Source: Actinomycetota bacterium
GTDB lineage: Bacteria > Actinomycetota > CADDZG01 > JAHWKV01 > JAOPZY01
Length of the DNA stretch: 48,202 nt
Reading direction: 5' to 3'
Assembly: GCA_025963875.1 (NCBI GenBank)
Contig: JAOPZY010000102.1
Coordinates: 1 to 48,202, forward strand
Every line of letters begins with the position of its first letter. The stretch's first letter is position 1. A program made the translations under genes and the position numbers. Shown one piece after another: positions 27,958 to 36,549 of this stretch. The notes under the pieces are model-generated. The model saw nothing but the letters and a program-made list of their open reading frames with translations, made no database searches and was not told the DNA's origin.

Positions 27958-28518
27958 ATGGTCCACCACATGCGTCGAACAACTGTCAGCTTCATCGGGC
28001 TCACGGCCGTGGCGGCCCTGACTGCCTGCGGCGCCCATGTCGCCACCCTGGTGGCTCCGGGCTCCTCGCCGGCAGCCCAAGCCACCATGCCACCCTCGCG
28101 GCCGCTGCAGGCTGCCGCCGCGATCATCCCAACCGTACCTCCCAACCCCGGAACGCCCACTCCGTGCTCCCAGGTCCCGTTCCCGGGTCCGGTAGCCATG
28201 CAGGATCAGCTGCACGACTGCTGGGTCGTCGAGCCTGCCGGGAGCAGCGATCTGTCCAAGTACGAGTTCTTCATGGGCGGCACGTCCCCCAAGGACCGGC
28301 AGCAGGGAATACTCATCTTCGAGCGTCCCAACGCCGGCGGCTCGCAGAACGTGTACAGCGTTCCGGGCCACGGCGGCGACGTCACCGTCTACCTGGCTCG
28401 CTGGAGTTTCGTCTGCTACAAGACGGCGAGCGGAGCCGCGGGCGAGTTCGATGCCGAGACGGCAACGTTCGTCACCGATCAGGCAAGGGTGGGAGCGGAC
28501 TGCGGAAAAGCCCCGTAG
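27958..28518 (+). CDS. Lipoprotein of unknown function
   Basis: MRRTT..hydrophobic..LTAC lipobox; start 27958 or 27970. Confidence 0.75.
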   Translation: MVHHMRRTTVSFIGLTAVAALTACGAHVATLVAPGSSPAAQATMPPSRPLQAAAAIIPTVPPNPGTPTPCSQVPFPGPVAMQDQLHDCWVVEPAGSSDLSKYEFFMGGTSPKDRQQGILIFERPNAGGSQNVYSVPGHGGDVTVYLARWSFVCYKTASGAAGEFDAETATFVTDQARVGADCGKAP

Positions 28519-28539
28519 CGCCGGACCGCCGGCACCCCT

Positions 28540-28559
28540 TGGTATCAGCCTGATACCAT
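28540..28559 (+). promoter_or_regulatory. TA operator palindrome TGGTATCAG-C-CTGATACCA overlapping -10 (TACCAT)
   Basis: Perfect 9-bp arms; -10 lies 6 nt before ATG 28566. Confidence 0.75.
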
Positions 28560-28565
28560 GACGGC

Positions 28566-28769
28566 ATGGCGATGACATTACGACTCACCGAGGACGAGCA
28601 GACGGCACTTCGGGAACGCGCCGAGGTCGAGGGCATCTCGATGCAGGAGGCTGCACGCCGGGCGGTGCGGGACTACGTCGCCCACGGGAGCCACCGGGAC
28701 CGGGTGTCGGCCGCAGCGAAGCGGGTGATGGAGGCGCACGCCGACGCACTCGAGCGTCTTGGACGATGA
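28566..28769 (+). CDS. RHH/CopG-family antitoxin
   Basis: MAMTLRLT..E..AL..RA..EGISMQE.AR.AV; upstream of and overlapping the Doc toxin. Confidence 0.88.
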   Translation: MAMTLRLTEDEQTALRERAEVEGISMQEAARRAVRDYVAHGSHRDRVSAAAKRVMEAHADALERLGR

Positions 28770-29154
28770 GCGAGAGGTCGAGTACCTCGACGTCGAGGAC
28801 CTGATCGCCCTCGCCACGACCCTGCTGGGCAAGCCGCCACCGATAAGGGATGTGGGTCTCCTCGGCTCAGCGGCGGCACGGCCGCAGACGAGCGTCTCCG
28901 GAGAGGACGCCTACCCCGACATCTGGCGGAAGGCAGCAGCACTGCTGCAGTCGATCCTCAAGAACCACGCGCTGGTCGACGGCAACAAACGTCTCGGGTG
29001 GCTGGCGACTGCAGTGTTCTTGGAGCTCAACGGCGTCGCGGCCACGGCGGCCTCCAATGACGATGTCTACGCCCTCGTGATGGACATCGCCGCCGAGGAC
29101 CGCACCCTGCCGGAGATCGCCGCCGTGCTCCGTCGCCTCCTCAGTGGGCCTTGA
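28759..29154 (+). CDS. doc: Death-on-curing (Doc/Fic) toxin
   Basis: RDVGLLGSAAARP, AYP..KAAALL, HALVDGNKR. Confidence 0.92.
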   Translation: MDDEREVEYLDVEDLIALATTLLGKPPPIRDVGLLGSAAARPQTSVSGEDAYPDIWRKAAALLQSILKNHALVDGNKRLGWLATAVFLELNGVAATAASNDDVYALVMDIAAEDRTLPEIAAVLRRLLSGP

Positions 29155-29959
29155 CGACCTCCCGGGACGCCACCTGCCACTTGTTGACCGGCTTCGGGCG
29201 GGCTCCGAACCCGCCGGCTTGCGCGGTTGACGCCACCGGGGGATCGAGGAGCAGGATGCACCGGCCGCCGGTGAGGACCGGCCGCACCCAGTCGCCCAGC
29301 TCGATCAGGTCGTCGAGGGCGGGCTCCCGGCCGCTGGGGTCCAGGGCCGCGTCGATGGGGACCAGGAACCGGAGCTGGCGGTAGGAGACCTGCCCCGTGA
29401 CGTCGCGGATGCCCGGCATCCAGGTGAACAGCCCGTCGTCCCCGGACAGGTGCAGGCCCACCGCTGCCAGCGCGCCCACGACGCCCCAGTTGCTCTCGCC
29501 GTGGGCCGACAGGTGGATACCCAGGTCGGCGGCGAGGCCTGTGGCCGACTCGGCATCGAGGACCTCGGTCTTGGCGCTCTCCCCGAAGGCAACGAGCCGG
29601 CTCGTCACGGAGGGGTCCTCCCAGGAGGCGTCCCGGACAATCGCGATGCCGGGCGAAGACCCGGGGGCAGCCTCCGCCTCCACGAACTCGACCACCATCT
29701 CGGCGATCGCCGCGACCTCCAGGCGGTGACTGGCCTTCAGGGCGAGGCAATGGCTCGTGTTCTCTGCCGTGAAGGGAATGCTCGGATCGAGCAGCAGTTG
29801 ATGACGGGTTGCGCCGAGGGCGGCCCCGATCCGTCGCTCGTCCAGGGAGGCGAGGAGGCCGCGCGCCAGGGAGCCGGTCCCTTTGCCGCCCTCGCTGTCG
29901 GTGTCGTCGATGCCGATGAGCAGATTCGTGGCGGCGAGCGGTGTTGCGTCCTCGGTCAT
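29141..29959 (-). CDS. TiaS N-terminal-like (DUF1743-like) protein of unknown function
   Basis: LIGIDDTD...GTG.LAR, TRHQL..DP.IPFT..N, SPGIA, GVVGALAAVG. Confidence 0.75.
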   Translation of the reverse strand: MTEDATPLAATNLLIGIDDTDSEGGKGTGSLARGLLASLDERRIGAALGATRHQLLLDPSIPFTAENTSHCLALKASHRLEVAAIAEMVVEFVEAEAAPGSSPGIAIVRDASWEDPSVTSRLVAFGESAKTEVLDAESATGLAADLGIHLSAHGESNWGVVGALAAVGLHLSGDDGLFTWMPGIRDVTGQVSYRQLRFLVPIDAALDPSGREPALDDLIELGDWVRPVLTGGRCILLLDPPVASTAQAGGFGARPKPVNKWQVASREVVKAH

Positions 29960-30198
29960 GGTGGCTCCAGGGTTGTGGGTCCAGGTGAAGACGATGATGC
30001 AGCATCCGCCGACCTCGGTTCAAAGGTGGGGCCGGTGGCCTTAGATAAGGCCGCCGCTAGGCGTTTGAGTAAATCCCGCCCCTATGGGGGCGGAAAACGC
30101 TCAAACGTTTATAGAATAGCGTTCTGGAGCCTTGGATGGCGCACGTCGGCGTGTTCCTCGTCGCTGGCTCGCCGGACGTGGGAGCAGCGGATCACGCC

Positions 30199-30627
30199 TT
30201 AGTCCTCGGGGACCGACGAGCGCTCCCGCTTGATGCGGCCCCGGGCCCGCTTGCTGGCCAGCCGCCGCTCGACCGAACCCTTCGAAGGCTTCGTCGGGCG
30301 CCGGGGCGGGGGATCGGGGCGCAGGGCCTCGGCCAGGAGGTCCCGGAGCCGTCCGAGCGCCAGCTCGCGGTTCTGCGCCTGGCTGCGCTCCTCCGAGGCC
30401 ACCACCCGGAGGTTTCCCTCGGTATCCAGGCGGCCGGCGAGCTTGGAGAGGACCCTGGCCCGCTGGCGGGGGCCGAGCGAGGGCGAGCCGGCCACGTCGA
30501 AGACGACCTCGACCCGGGTGCTCCGGGTATTCACATTCTGGCCGCCCGGCCCCCCGCTGCGCGAGAAGCGGAGCTCGAGTTCCCCGAGCGGAATGACGAC
30601 CGTGCGCGACACTCGAAGACCTTCCAT
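30199..30627 (-). CDS. arfB: Alternative ribosome rescue peptidyl-tRNA hydrolase
   Basis: FSRSGGPGGQNVN, RSQAQNRE, basic tail RRPTKPSKGS.ERRL..K. Confidence 0.95.
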   Translation of the reverse strand: MEGLRVSRTVVIPLGELELRFSRSGGPGGQNVNTRSTRVEVVFDVAGSPSLGPRQRARVLSKLAGRLDTEGNLRVVASEERSQAQNRELALGRLRDLLAEALRPDPPPRRPTKPSKGSVERRLASKRARGRIKRERSSVPED

Positions 30628-31108
30628 GACGAATCCCACGATACGGCGGATCTGGCGGCCGAACCGGGCTGGCCTTGCGGCGGGATTCGTGTTCGTGCTC
30701 GGCGGCATGGCCGTGGCCGCCTACCTTGCCCTGCACCACCATTCGGACCTCGCCGCCCTCGCCGGCCTGTTCGCCGTCGGGGGGTGGCGCTACGGTCTCC
30801 ACCCCTCGCTGGCGGCCACCGACGAGGGGGTGGTGATCCGGAACCCGTTGCGGCGGGTCACGGTCCCCTGGCGCCAGGTCGAGGGCGCCTTGCCCGGCTC
30901 CAGGGGTGTCATCGTGCTGCGCACGGACCGCAGCCCCGTGAAGGCCTGGGCGGTGCAGAAGGCGAACTGGTCCCACTTCCTGGGCAAGCGCCGGCGGGCC
31001 GACGACGTGGCCGAGTACCTCACCCAGACTGCCCAGCGTCACCGGGCGACGGCCGCATCCCTCAGCCCAGGCCCTCCAACTCCGCCACGAGGCGGCGGGG
31101 GGCGATGA
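30626..31108 (+). CDS. Membrane protein with bacterial PH-like domain
   Basis: Two TM helices then P.L.ATDEGVVIRNPLRRVTVPW, typical of the bPH family. Confidence 0.75.
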   Translation: MTNPTIRRIWRPNRAGLAAGFVFVLGGMAVAAYLALHHHSDLAALAGLFAVGGWRYGLHPSLAATDEGVVIRNPLRRVTVPWRQVEGALPGSRGVIVLRTDRSPVKAWAVQKANWSHFLGKRRRADDVAEYLTQTAQRHRATAASLSPGPPTPPRGGGGR

Positions 31109-31424
31109 GGCGGAAGGCCTCCGTGACGATCTCGCCGAGTTCCTCCCAGTCCACCGGCACGTCCACCCAGGCCCCCAGCCATCCCCGGTGGCCAACGTAG
31201 GGAGGCACGAAGTACCGCTCGGGGTCCGATGCCACGAGGGCGTCGCGCTCGGGGGCCTCGCAGGCGCACCAGAACCCGACCCGGTCGTCGTGATGGTGAT
31301 TGGAGAGCGTGACGAAGAGCTTCTTGTCGCCGGCGAACCACGCCGGCTCGCCATGGCTCAGCCGCTCGGTGACGCCGGGCAGGGCGAGGCAGAGGCTGCG
31401 CAGCTTCTCCAGGGGGGCCGTCAG
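31062..31424 (-). CDS. MmcQ/YjbR family protein (possible CTG start)
   Basis: LRSLCLALPGVTERLSHGEPAWF, RYFVPPYVGHRGWLG, DWEEL. Confidence 0.85.
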   Translation of the reverse strand: MTAPLEKLRSLCLALPGVTERLSHGEPAWFAGDKKLFVTLSNHHHDDRVGFWCACEAPERDALVASDPERYFVPPYVGHRGWLGAWVDVPVDWEELGEIVTEAFRLIAPRRLVAELEGLG

Positions 31425-32731
31425 AGTTGCCCCAGGTAGAAGCGGGTCCCCTGGTCGTCCACGCACTCCGACGTCCGGCCGTATGGCTGGGCAACGGGAT
31501 CGGTTGCTGTGCCCCCGGCGGCTCGCACCCGCTCGACTGCGGCGGCGACGTCGTCCACGCGGTACATCGGGAGCGTGGTGTCCACGGCATGGCCCCCATG
31601 CAGACCGCTCATCGGCACAACCCCCTCCACGTTCCAGCCGTCCTCGACGCGGCCCGGGCTGAAGCGCCACCCGAGGACCTCGCCGAAGAACCTTCGGGTG
31701 CGGGCGGAGTCGACGACCTCGAGCGTGAGGTACGAGAGGTCCCCGTGGCGCTCGCCGTTGAGCGGCCCGCGGGGAGACGGGGTCCCGGGCGGCGGCGTGA
31801 AGAGCGAGAAGGCCATCCCCTGGTCGTCGACGCAGTTGGCGAGGCGCCCGTACGGCTCGTCGGTCGGCTCCTCAACCCGGCCCCCGGCGGCCCACACGCG
31901 CTCGACTGCGGTGTCGACGTCATCCACGGCGACGCACAGCAGGAGGTTGCTGCGCTCCTGGCCTCCCCACAGGCCGTGCGACATCGAGAGCCCCTCCACC
32001 TGCGCGCCCTGCTCGCTGCTGCCCGGACCGAAGGTCCAGTCGAGGACGCTTCCGAAGAAGGCCTTCGCCCGCCCCAGGTCCGGGACGAGCAGCGAGGCAT
32101 AGGCGACGTCACCCTCCCGCATGCCGGCATCCTCGCGCCCTCCAGGCCCCGGCGCCGGAGCGGGTGACGAGAGCAGCCAGCGATGGCCGAAGGGGTCGAC
32201 GATGACCCCGTGCACGCCGGAGGGCGTCTCCTCGGGGGCTCGCTCGAGGTCGGCCCCGGCGGCGACCGCCCGGTCGACGAAGCGGTCCAGGTCGGGGACC
32301 TGTGCCGTCAGGCTGACCCGTGCGAACTCTCCGGGCTCCGGCGGGGCCACCCGGCTGGTGGGCGAGGGATCGGCAAGGTAGACAACGCCGCCTGCCACGT
32401 CGATCTCGGCGTGGCCGATGCGCCCGTCGGGCATGACGATCGCCTCGCCACGGCGCCGGGCGCCGAAGGCCTCGACGTACCAGTCGAGGGCGTGCCGGGC
32501 GTCGGACACGATCAGGTAGGGGATAACTCCGCCGGATACGACCGAGGGCGTCCCCTCTCGTGTCATGGCGACGTCGGGTTCGGGTTGCACATTGAGGGTG
32601 AGGTTGGACACGGTGACTCCTTTGGGCAGGGCGAGTGCACGGGTCATGCGGGCTCGCAGACGGGCGGCGAAGGCCGGGTCGGGATCGACCGGGCTGGGCG
32701 GCAGGGGGAGGGACTCGAGGGGATCAGTCAT
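31421..32731 (-). CDS. Multi-domain VOC/glyoxalase protein with N-terminal anti-sigma-like segment
   Basis: PVDPDPAFAARLRAR N-terminus; three VOC units (GRIGHAE..DPFGHRW; PYGR..CVDDQG x2); overlaps the sigma stop codon. Confidence 0.85.
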   Translation of the reverse strand: MTDPLESLPLPPSPVDPDPAFAARLRARMTRALALPKGVTVSNLTLNVQPEPDVAMTREGTPSVVSGGVIPYLIVSDARHALDWYVEAFGARRRGEAIVMPDGRIGHAEIDVAGGVVYLADPSPTSRVAPPEPGEFARVSLTAQVPDLDRFVDRAVAAGADLERAPEETPSGVHGVIVDPFGHRWLLSSPAPAPGPGGREDAGMREGDVAYASLLVPDLGRAKAFFGSVLDWTFGPGSSEQGAQVEGLSMSHGLWGGQERSNLLLCVAVDDVDTAVERVWAAGGRVEEPTDEPYGRLANCVDDQGMAFSLFTPPPGTPSPRGPLNGERHGDLSYLTLEVVDSARTRRFFGEVLGWRFSPGRVEDGWNVEGVVPMSGLHGGHAVDTTLPMYRVDDVAAAVERVRAAGGTATDPVAQPYGRTSECVDDQGTRFYLGQL

Positions 32732-33272
32732 CTCGCTCCTCCCCGGCTTCATAGGCGCGACGGAAGGCACTCCGGGCGCGCACCAACAGCCCCTCCGTTG
32801 CATGGATGCTGCGTTCCAGCAGGTCGGCCACCTCCGGCACCGGAAGGTCGTCGAGGTAGCGAAGCGTGAGCGCGGCCTGGTGCGGTGGCGACAGGCAGGC
32901 CAGCGTGTCGCGGGCACGCACGGCGTCGAGATGGGCATCCCAGGGATCGTCCGGCTCCTCGTCGTCCCAGTCGGCGGCTACCGAGCTGAGGTGCTGCTCC
33001 TCCCTGGCCCGGCGGCGCCAGTGGTCGGCCAGCTTGTGGCGGGCGACGCCGACCAGCCAGGGCGTCGAGACCGGTGGGGAGTCGTCACGCCGCACGGCGT
33101 CGACCGCCGCCAGAAAGGTCTCGGCGGTCAGGTCCTCTGCCAGGGCGGCTTTGCCGCACCGGGAGAGCAGGTACCCGTACACGTGGGGGAGGGCCGAGTC
33201 GTACAACGCCAAAAGGGCCGTTCCCGGATCGGCAGAGCGGTCCTGGGCTGCTGTGTGCTCGCTCACATCCAT
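32724..33272 (-). CDS. ECF sigma factor
   Basis: LYD.ALPHVYGYL.SRCG..AEDLTAETFLAAV, WL.GVARHKLADHWR, LTLRYLDDL..EVA. Confidence 0.92.
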   Translation of the reverse strand: MDVSEHTAAQDRSADPGTALLALYDSALPHVYGYLLSRCGKAALAEDLTAETFLAAVDAVRRDDSPPVSTPWLVGVARHKLADHWRRRAREEQHLSSVAADWDDEEPDDPWDAHLDAVRARDTLACLSPPHQAALTLRYLDDLPVPEVADLLERSIHATEGLLVRARSAFRRAYEAGEERDD

Positions 33273-33344
33273 AGAGTCGTTCGGACGAGGCAAACTCCGA
33301 CGGGTCGATGTCTGGTTGGGAGCCCGGAGGACAAGGCGATGGCG

Positions 33345-33400
33345 GAAAATGAAGTGCCCCGAGAAACCTCGGGACCGGAGTCCCTCTGCCTCTCGGGGCA
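33345..33400 (-). ncRNA. Candidate small RNA or attenuator hairpin directly behind a strong promoter
   Basis: ugccccgagag..gggac-uccg-guccc..uucucggggca followed by cuucauuuu; starts about 6 nt after the -10. Confidence 0.4.
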
Positions 33401-33406
33401 AGACAC

Positions 33407-33435
33407 AACATACACTGTCCCGGAGCGCTTGTCAA
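33407..33435 (-). promoter_or_regulatory. Sigma-A promoter TTGACA-N17-TATGTT
   Basis: Consensus -35 and 17-nt spacer. Confidence 0.7.
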
Positions 33436-33654
33436 CACGACATGTTGCGATCAGAGGCTGTGCCAGGCCCGGGCGGCATCGTTTCCGTAGCTCCGTGGGT
33501 ATGTTCAAATGTGACCGCTGGCGGGAGCTGGTCGCCGGCCGGGAGGCAGGAGGGTCCGGGTCGTGAGCACGGATGGAGGCTCGTCAGCCGCGTCCCGCCG
33601 GAGGGCGGGATCCGGTGAGCCCGCGCGGGACTGCCGCCAGATCCGTCCCCGGCG

Positions 33655-34839
33655 TTGACGCCCAAAAGCCGCCGCGGCAGGCGTCGGATCCCCAAGCCCG
33701 TCCGCCGCCTTGTCGGCCTCGTCGTTGCATTCGTCCTTCTCTACTTCCTCGTCCTGCCCAAACTCTCGCAGCAGAAGGGCAAGCTCAACCTCCTCACCCA
33801 CATCAACCTGGCCTTCGTCGCCGCCAGCCTCGTTCTCGAGGCGGCCTCCCTCGTGGCGTACGCCATGCTCACGAGGTCGATCGTCTCCCAGTTCGGCAAG
33901 CCGCCGCGGCTGCGCCGCCTGGTCCAGGTGGGCATGTCGACCCTCGCGCTCACCCGGGTGCTGCCGGGGGGGTCGGCCGCCGGAACCGGCCTCGGCTACC
34001 GCCTCCTCACCGACATGGGCTACAGCCAGGCGGATGCCGGCCTGACGCTGGCCGTCCAGAGTGTCGGCTCCGCCGCCGTCCTCAACGCCCTTCTGTGGGT
34101 CGGGCTGGTCGCTTCGATCCCGTTGCGGGCGCTCCACCAGAGTCTCGGGTCCGGGGCGCTGCCCAAAACGCTGTACATCACCGCCGCCCTGTTCGGGGCG
34201 TTGCTCGTCGGCGTCTTCGGCTTCGTGATCCTGTCGCTGACCCGTGGCCAGGAGCGGGCCCTCAGGATCGTCCACGCCGTCACCCGCCGGCTGAGGTTCC
34301 TCGACGAGGATTCGGTCGTACGGATGGTGCAGCGGGTTTCCGACCAGCTCAAGGTGATGGTGTCGAACCGAAGCCTCCTGCTGCGGGCGGTCGTCTGGGC
34401 CAGCGCCAACTGGCTGTTCGATGCCGCCGCGTTGTGGGTGATGGTCGCGGCGTTCCACTACCGCCTGGGGCCGGACGCGCTCATCGTCTCCTACTGCATA
34501 GCGAACATCGTGGCGGCAATCCCCATCACCCCCGGGGGCCTCGGGGTCGTCGAGGTCGTTCTCACCTCCGCGCTCACCGCCTATGGCGCGCCCGGGCAGG
34601 TGGCGGCCCTTGGCGTGATCGCCTACCGGCTGGTGAGCTTCTGGCTCCCCATTCCCGCCGGCGGGATTGCCTACCTCACCCTTCGCCTCGACCCGCAGTT
34701 CCGTGAGCGCCAGCAGCAGACGGAACGGGAGCGCGAGGAGGAACAGGGGCGGCAGGAGCGCGGTCTCCGGACCTGGGCGGAGGAGCATGGCATGAAGGTC
34801 GGGCCCGGCCCGGAGGTGGAGGCAGGCGCCGAGGAATGA
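33655..34839 (+). CDS. Lysylphosphatidylglycerol synthase TM-domain / flippase-like membrane protein (YbhN/UPF0104)
   Basis: About 8 TM helices; LPGG, IPITPGGLGVVE, YRLVSFWLP. Confidence 0.88.
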   Translation: MTPKSRRGRRRIPKPVRRLVGLVVAFVLLYFLVLPKLSQQKGKLNLLTHINLAFVAASLVLEAASLVAYAMLTRSIVSQFGKPPRLRRLVQVGMSTLALTRVLPGGSAAGTGLGYRLLTDMGYSQADAGLTLAVQSVGSAAVLNALLWVGLVASIPLRALHQSLGSGALPKTLYITAALFGALLVGVFGFVILSLTRGQERALRIVHAVTRRLRFLDEDSVVRMVQRVSDQLKVMVSNRSLLLRAVVWASANWLFDAAALWVMVAAFHYRLGPDALIVSYCIANIVAAIPITPGGLGVVEVVLTSALTAYGAPGQVAALGVIAYRLVSFWLPIPAGGIAYLTLRLDPQFRERQQQTEREREEEQGRQERGLRTWAEEHGMKVGPGPEVEAGAEE

Positions 34840-34858
34840 CGGCCGGTATCCCAGTCGC

Positions 34859-36043
34859 ATGAGGCACCTGCTGGTCACGAACGACTTCCCTCCCAAAGTC
34901 GGCGGAATCCAGACGTACCTCTGGGAGCTGTGGCGGCGCCTGCCCCCGGACGAGTTTGCCGTCCTCACTACCTCCCACGGGCAAGCAGCGGTCTTCGACG
35001 CCGCCCAGCCGTTCCGGGTCGAGCGTGTGTCCGGCGCCGTGCTGTGGCCCACGCCCCACCTGCGCCGGCGCATCGACCGACTGGCCGCCGACCTGGACGC
35101 GGGCTTCGTGGTCCTCGACCCGGCCCTGCCCCTCGGAGCCATCGGGCCGCAGCTCGCCAGCCCGTACCTGGTGGTGGCCCACGGAGCGGAGATCCCGGTT
35201 GCCGGACGCATCCCGGTGGCGGGGTCCGTGCTGGCCCGGGTGCTCCGGGGGAGTGCCGGCGCCGTCGCGGGGGGCAACTATGCGGCGGCTGAGATCGCCC
35301 GCGCGGCCGGCCACCCGAGGCGCCCCTCAAGGCGCCGGATGGTCCCACAACTCGATGTCGCAGTGATCTCGCCGGGCGTGGACACCGAGCGGTTCGTGCC
35401 GGTCCCCGAAGGGGAGCGCCTCGACATCCGGCGCAGCTTCGGCCTCCCGGAGGACGGTCCGTTGGTGGTGAATGTGGGACGCCTGGTGCCGCGCAAGGGG
35501 GCCGACGTCCTCATCGAGGCGGTGGCCAGGCTGCGGTCCTCGCACCCTGACCTGACCCTTGCCGTGGCCGGAGCCGGGCGGGACCGGGAACGCCTCCAGC
35601 TCCTGGCGTCGCGGCGGCGGGCGCCGGTGCGGTTCCTGGGCCGCGTCCCCGACGAACGCCTGCCCGCCCTGTATACCTGTGCGGACGTCTTCGCCGCCCC
35701 CAACCGCACCCGCTGGGGTGGCCTGGAGCAGGAGGGGTTCGGGATCGTCTTCCTGGAGGCGGCGGCGTGCGGCGTCCCCCAGGTTGCCGGGGACAGCGGT
35801 GGGGCGCCGGATGCCGTGGTCCACGGGGAAACCGGATTCCTCGTCGACAGGCCGGCCATCCCCTCCGAGGTGGCCTCGGCCCTGGGGCGCCTGCTCGACG
35901 ACCCGGCGGAACGCCGCCGTCTCGGGGAGCAGTCCCGCAAGCGCGCCGTGGAACTCTTCGCCTACGACGTCCTGGCCGCCCAGCTGGCCGCCTACCTCAC
36001 GGCGGTGGGGGCTCGGCTTGCGTCTGGTCGAGCTCGAACATGA
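34859..36043 (+). CDS. GT4 glycosyltransferase, PimB'-like phosphatidylinositol mannosyltransferase
   Basis: LLVTNDFPPKVGGIQ, GRLVPRKG, EGFGIVFLEAAACG.P.VAGDSGGAPDAV. Confidence 0.88.
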   Translation: MRHLLVTNDFPPKVGGIQTYLWELWRRLPPDEFAVLTTSHGQAAVFDAAQPFRVERVSGAVLWPTPHLRRRIDRLAADLDAGFVVLDPALPLGAIGPQLASPYLVVAHGAEIPVAGRIPVAGSVLARVLRGSAGAVAGGNYAAAEIARAAGHPRRPSRRRMVPQLDVAVISPGVDTERFVPVPEGERLDIRRSFGLPEDGPLVVNVGRLVPRKGADVLIEAVARLRSSHPDLTLAVAGAGRDRERLQLLASRRRAPVRFLGRVPDERLPALYTCADVFAAPNRTRWGGLEQEGFGIVFLEAAACGVPQVAGDSGGAPDAVVHGETGFLVDRPAIPSEVASALGRLLDDPAERRRLGEQSRKRAVELFAYDVLAAQLAAYLTAVGARLASGRART

Positions 36044-36293
36044 GCTCGTCGGGGTAGCACCAGAACCAGTCCTCGCCCGGCTGGAAGGACTGGATCACCG
36101 GATGGGTCGTCGCGCGGTGGTGCTTGGTGGCGTGCTTGTTCTTGGAGCTGTCGCAGCACCCGACGTGGCCGCAGGTCATGCAGAGCCGGAGGTGAACCCA
36201 GATATCCCCGATCTCCAGGCACTCCTTGCAACCGTTGCCGCTGGGGGCGACGTCGAGGTGGACCTCGTCGAGGTGGCTGCAGGTATCGGCCAT
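35997..36293 (-). CDS. UBP-type zinc finger protein
   Basis: CSH, CKEC, WVHLRLCMTCGHVGCCDSS..KHA..H, WFWCY. Confidence 0.92.
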   Translation of the reverse strand: MADTCSHLDEVHLDVAPSGNGCKECLEIGDIWVHLRLCMTCGHVGCCDSSKNKHATKHHRATTHPVIQSFQPGEDWFWCYPDELMFELDQTQAEPPPP

Positions 36294-36535
36294 CAGCCCA
36301 GGTAGCCTTCGACGGTTTCGGGGTCGCGCACCTTGGCCTCCTCGGGGTCGAGGCCGGCGTTGCGGCGGGCCCGCCGCTGGTGGAGAAGGTCCCACGCCTG
36401 ATCCAGGGTCACCTCGATGCCCCTGAGCCGTTCCCGCTCCTGGGGCGTCACCGTGCCCTCGGATTCCCGGCTGAAGAGTCGGTGCTCCTCGCTGGCGAGG
36501 GCGTTGATGCGGTCGATGATCTGCTGGTCGTCCAT
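36293..36535 (-). CDS. DUF2630 family protein
   Basis: I..RI..L..EEH.L...LDQAWDLL.QRRARR..G.DP..A..R...VEGYL. Confidence 0.9.
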   Translation of the reverse strand: MDDQQIIDRINALASEEHRLFSRESEGTVTPQERERLRGIEVTLDQAWDLLHQRRARRNAGLDPEEAKVRDPETVEGYLG

Positions 36536-36549
36536 ACCGGCCTGCCTCC

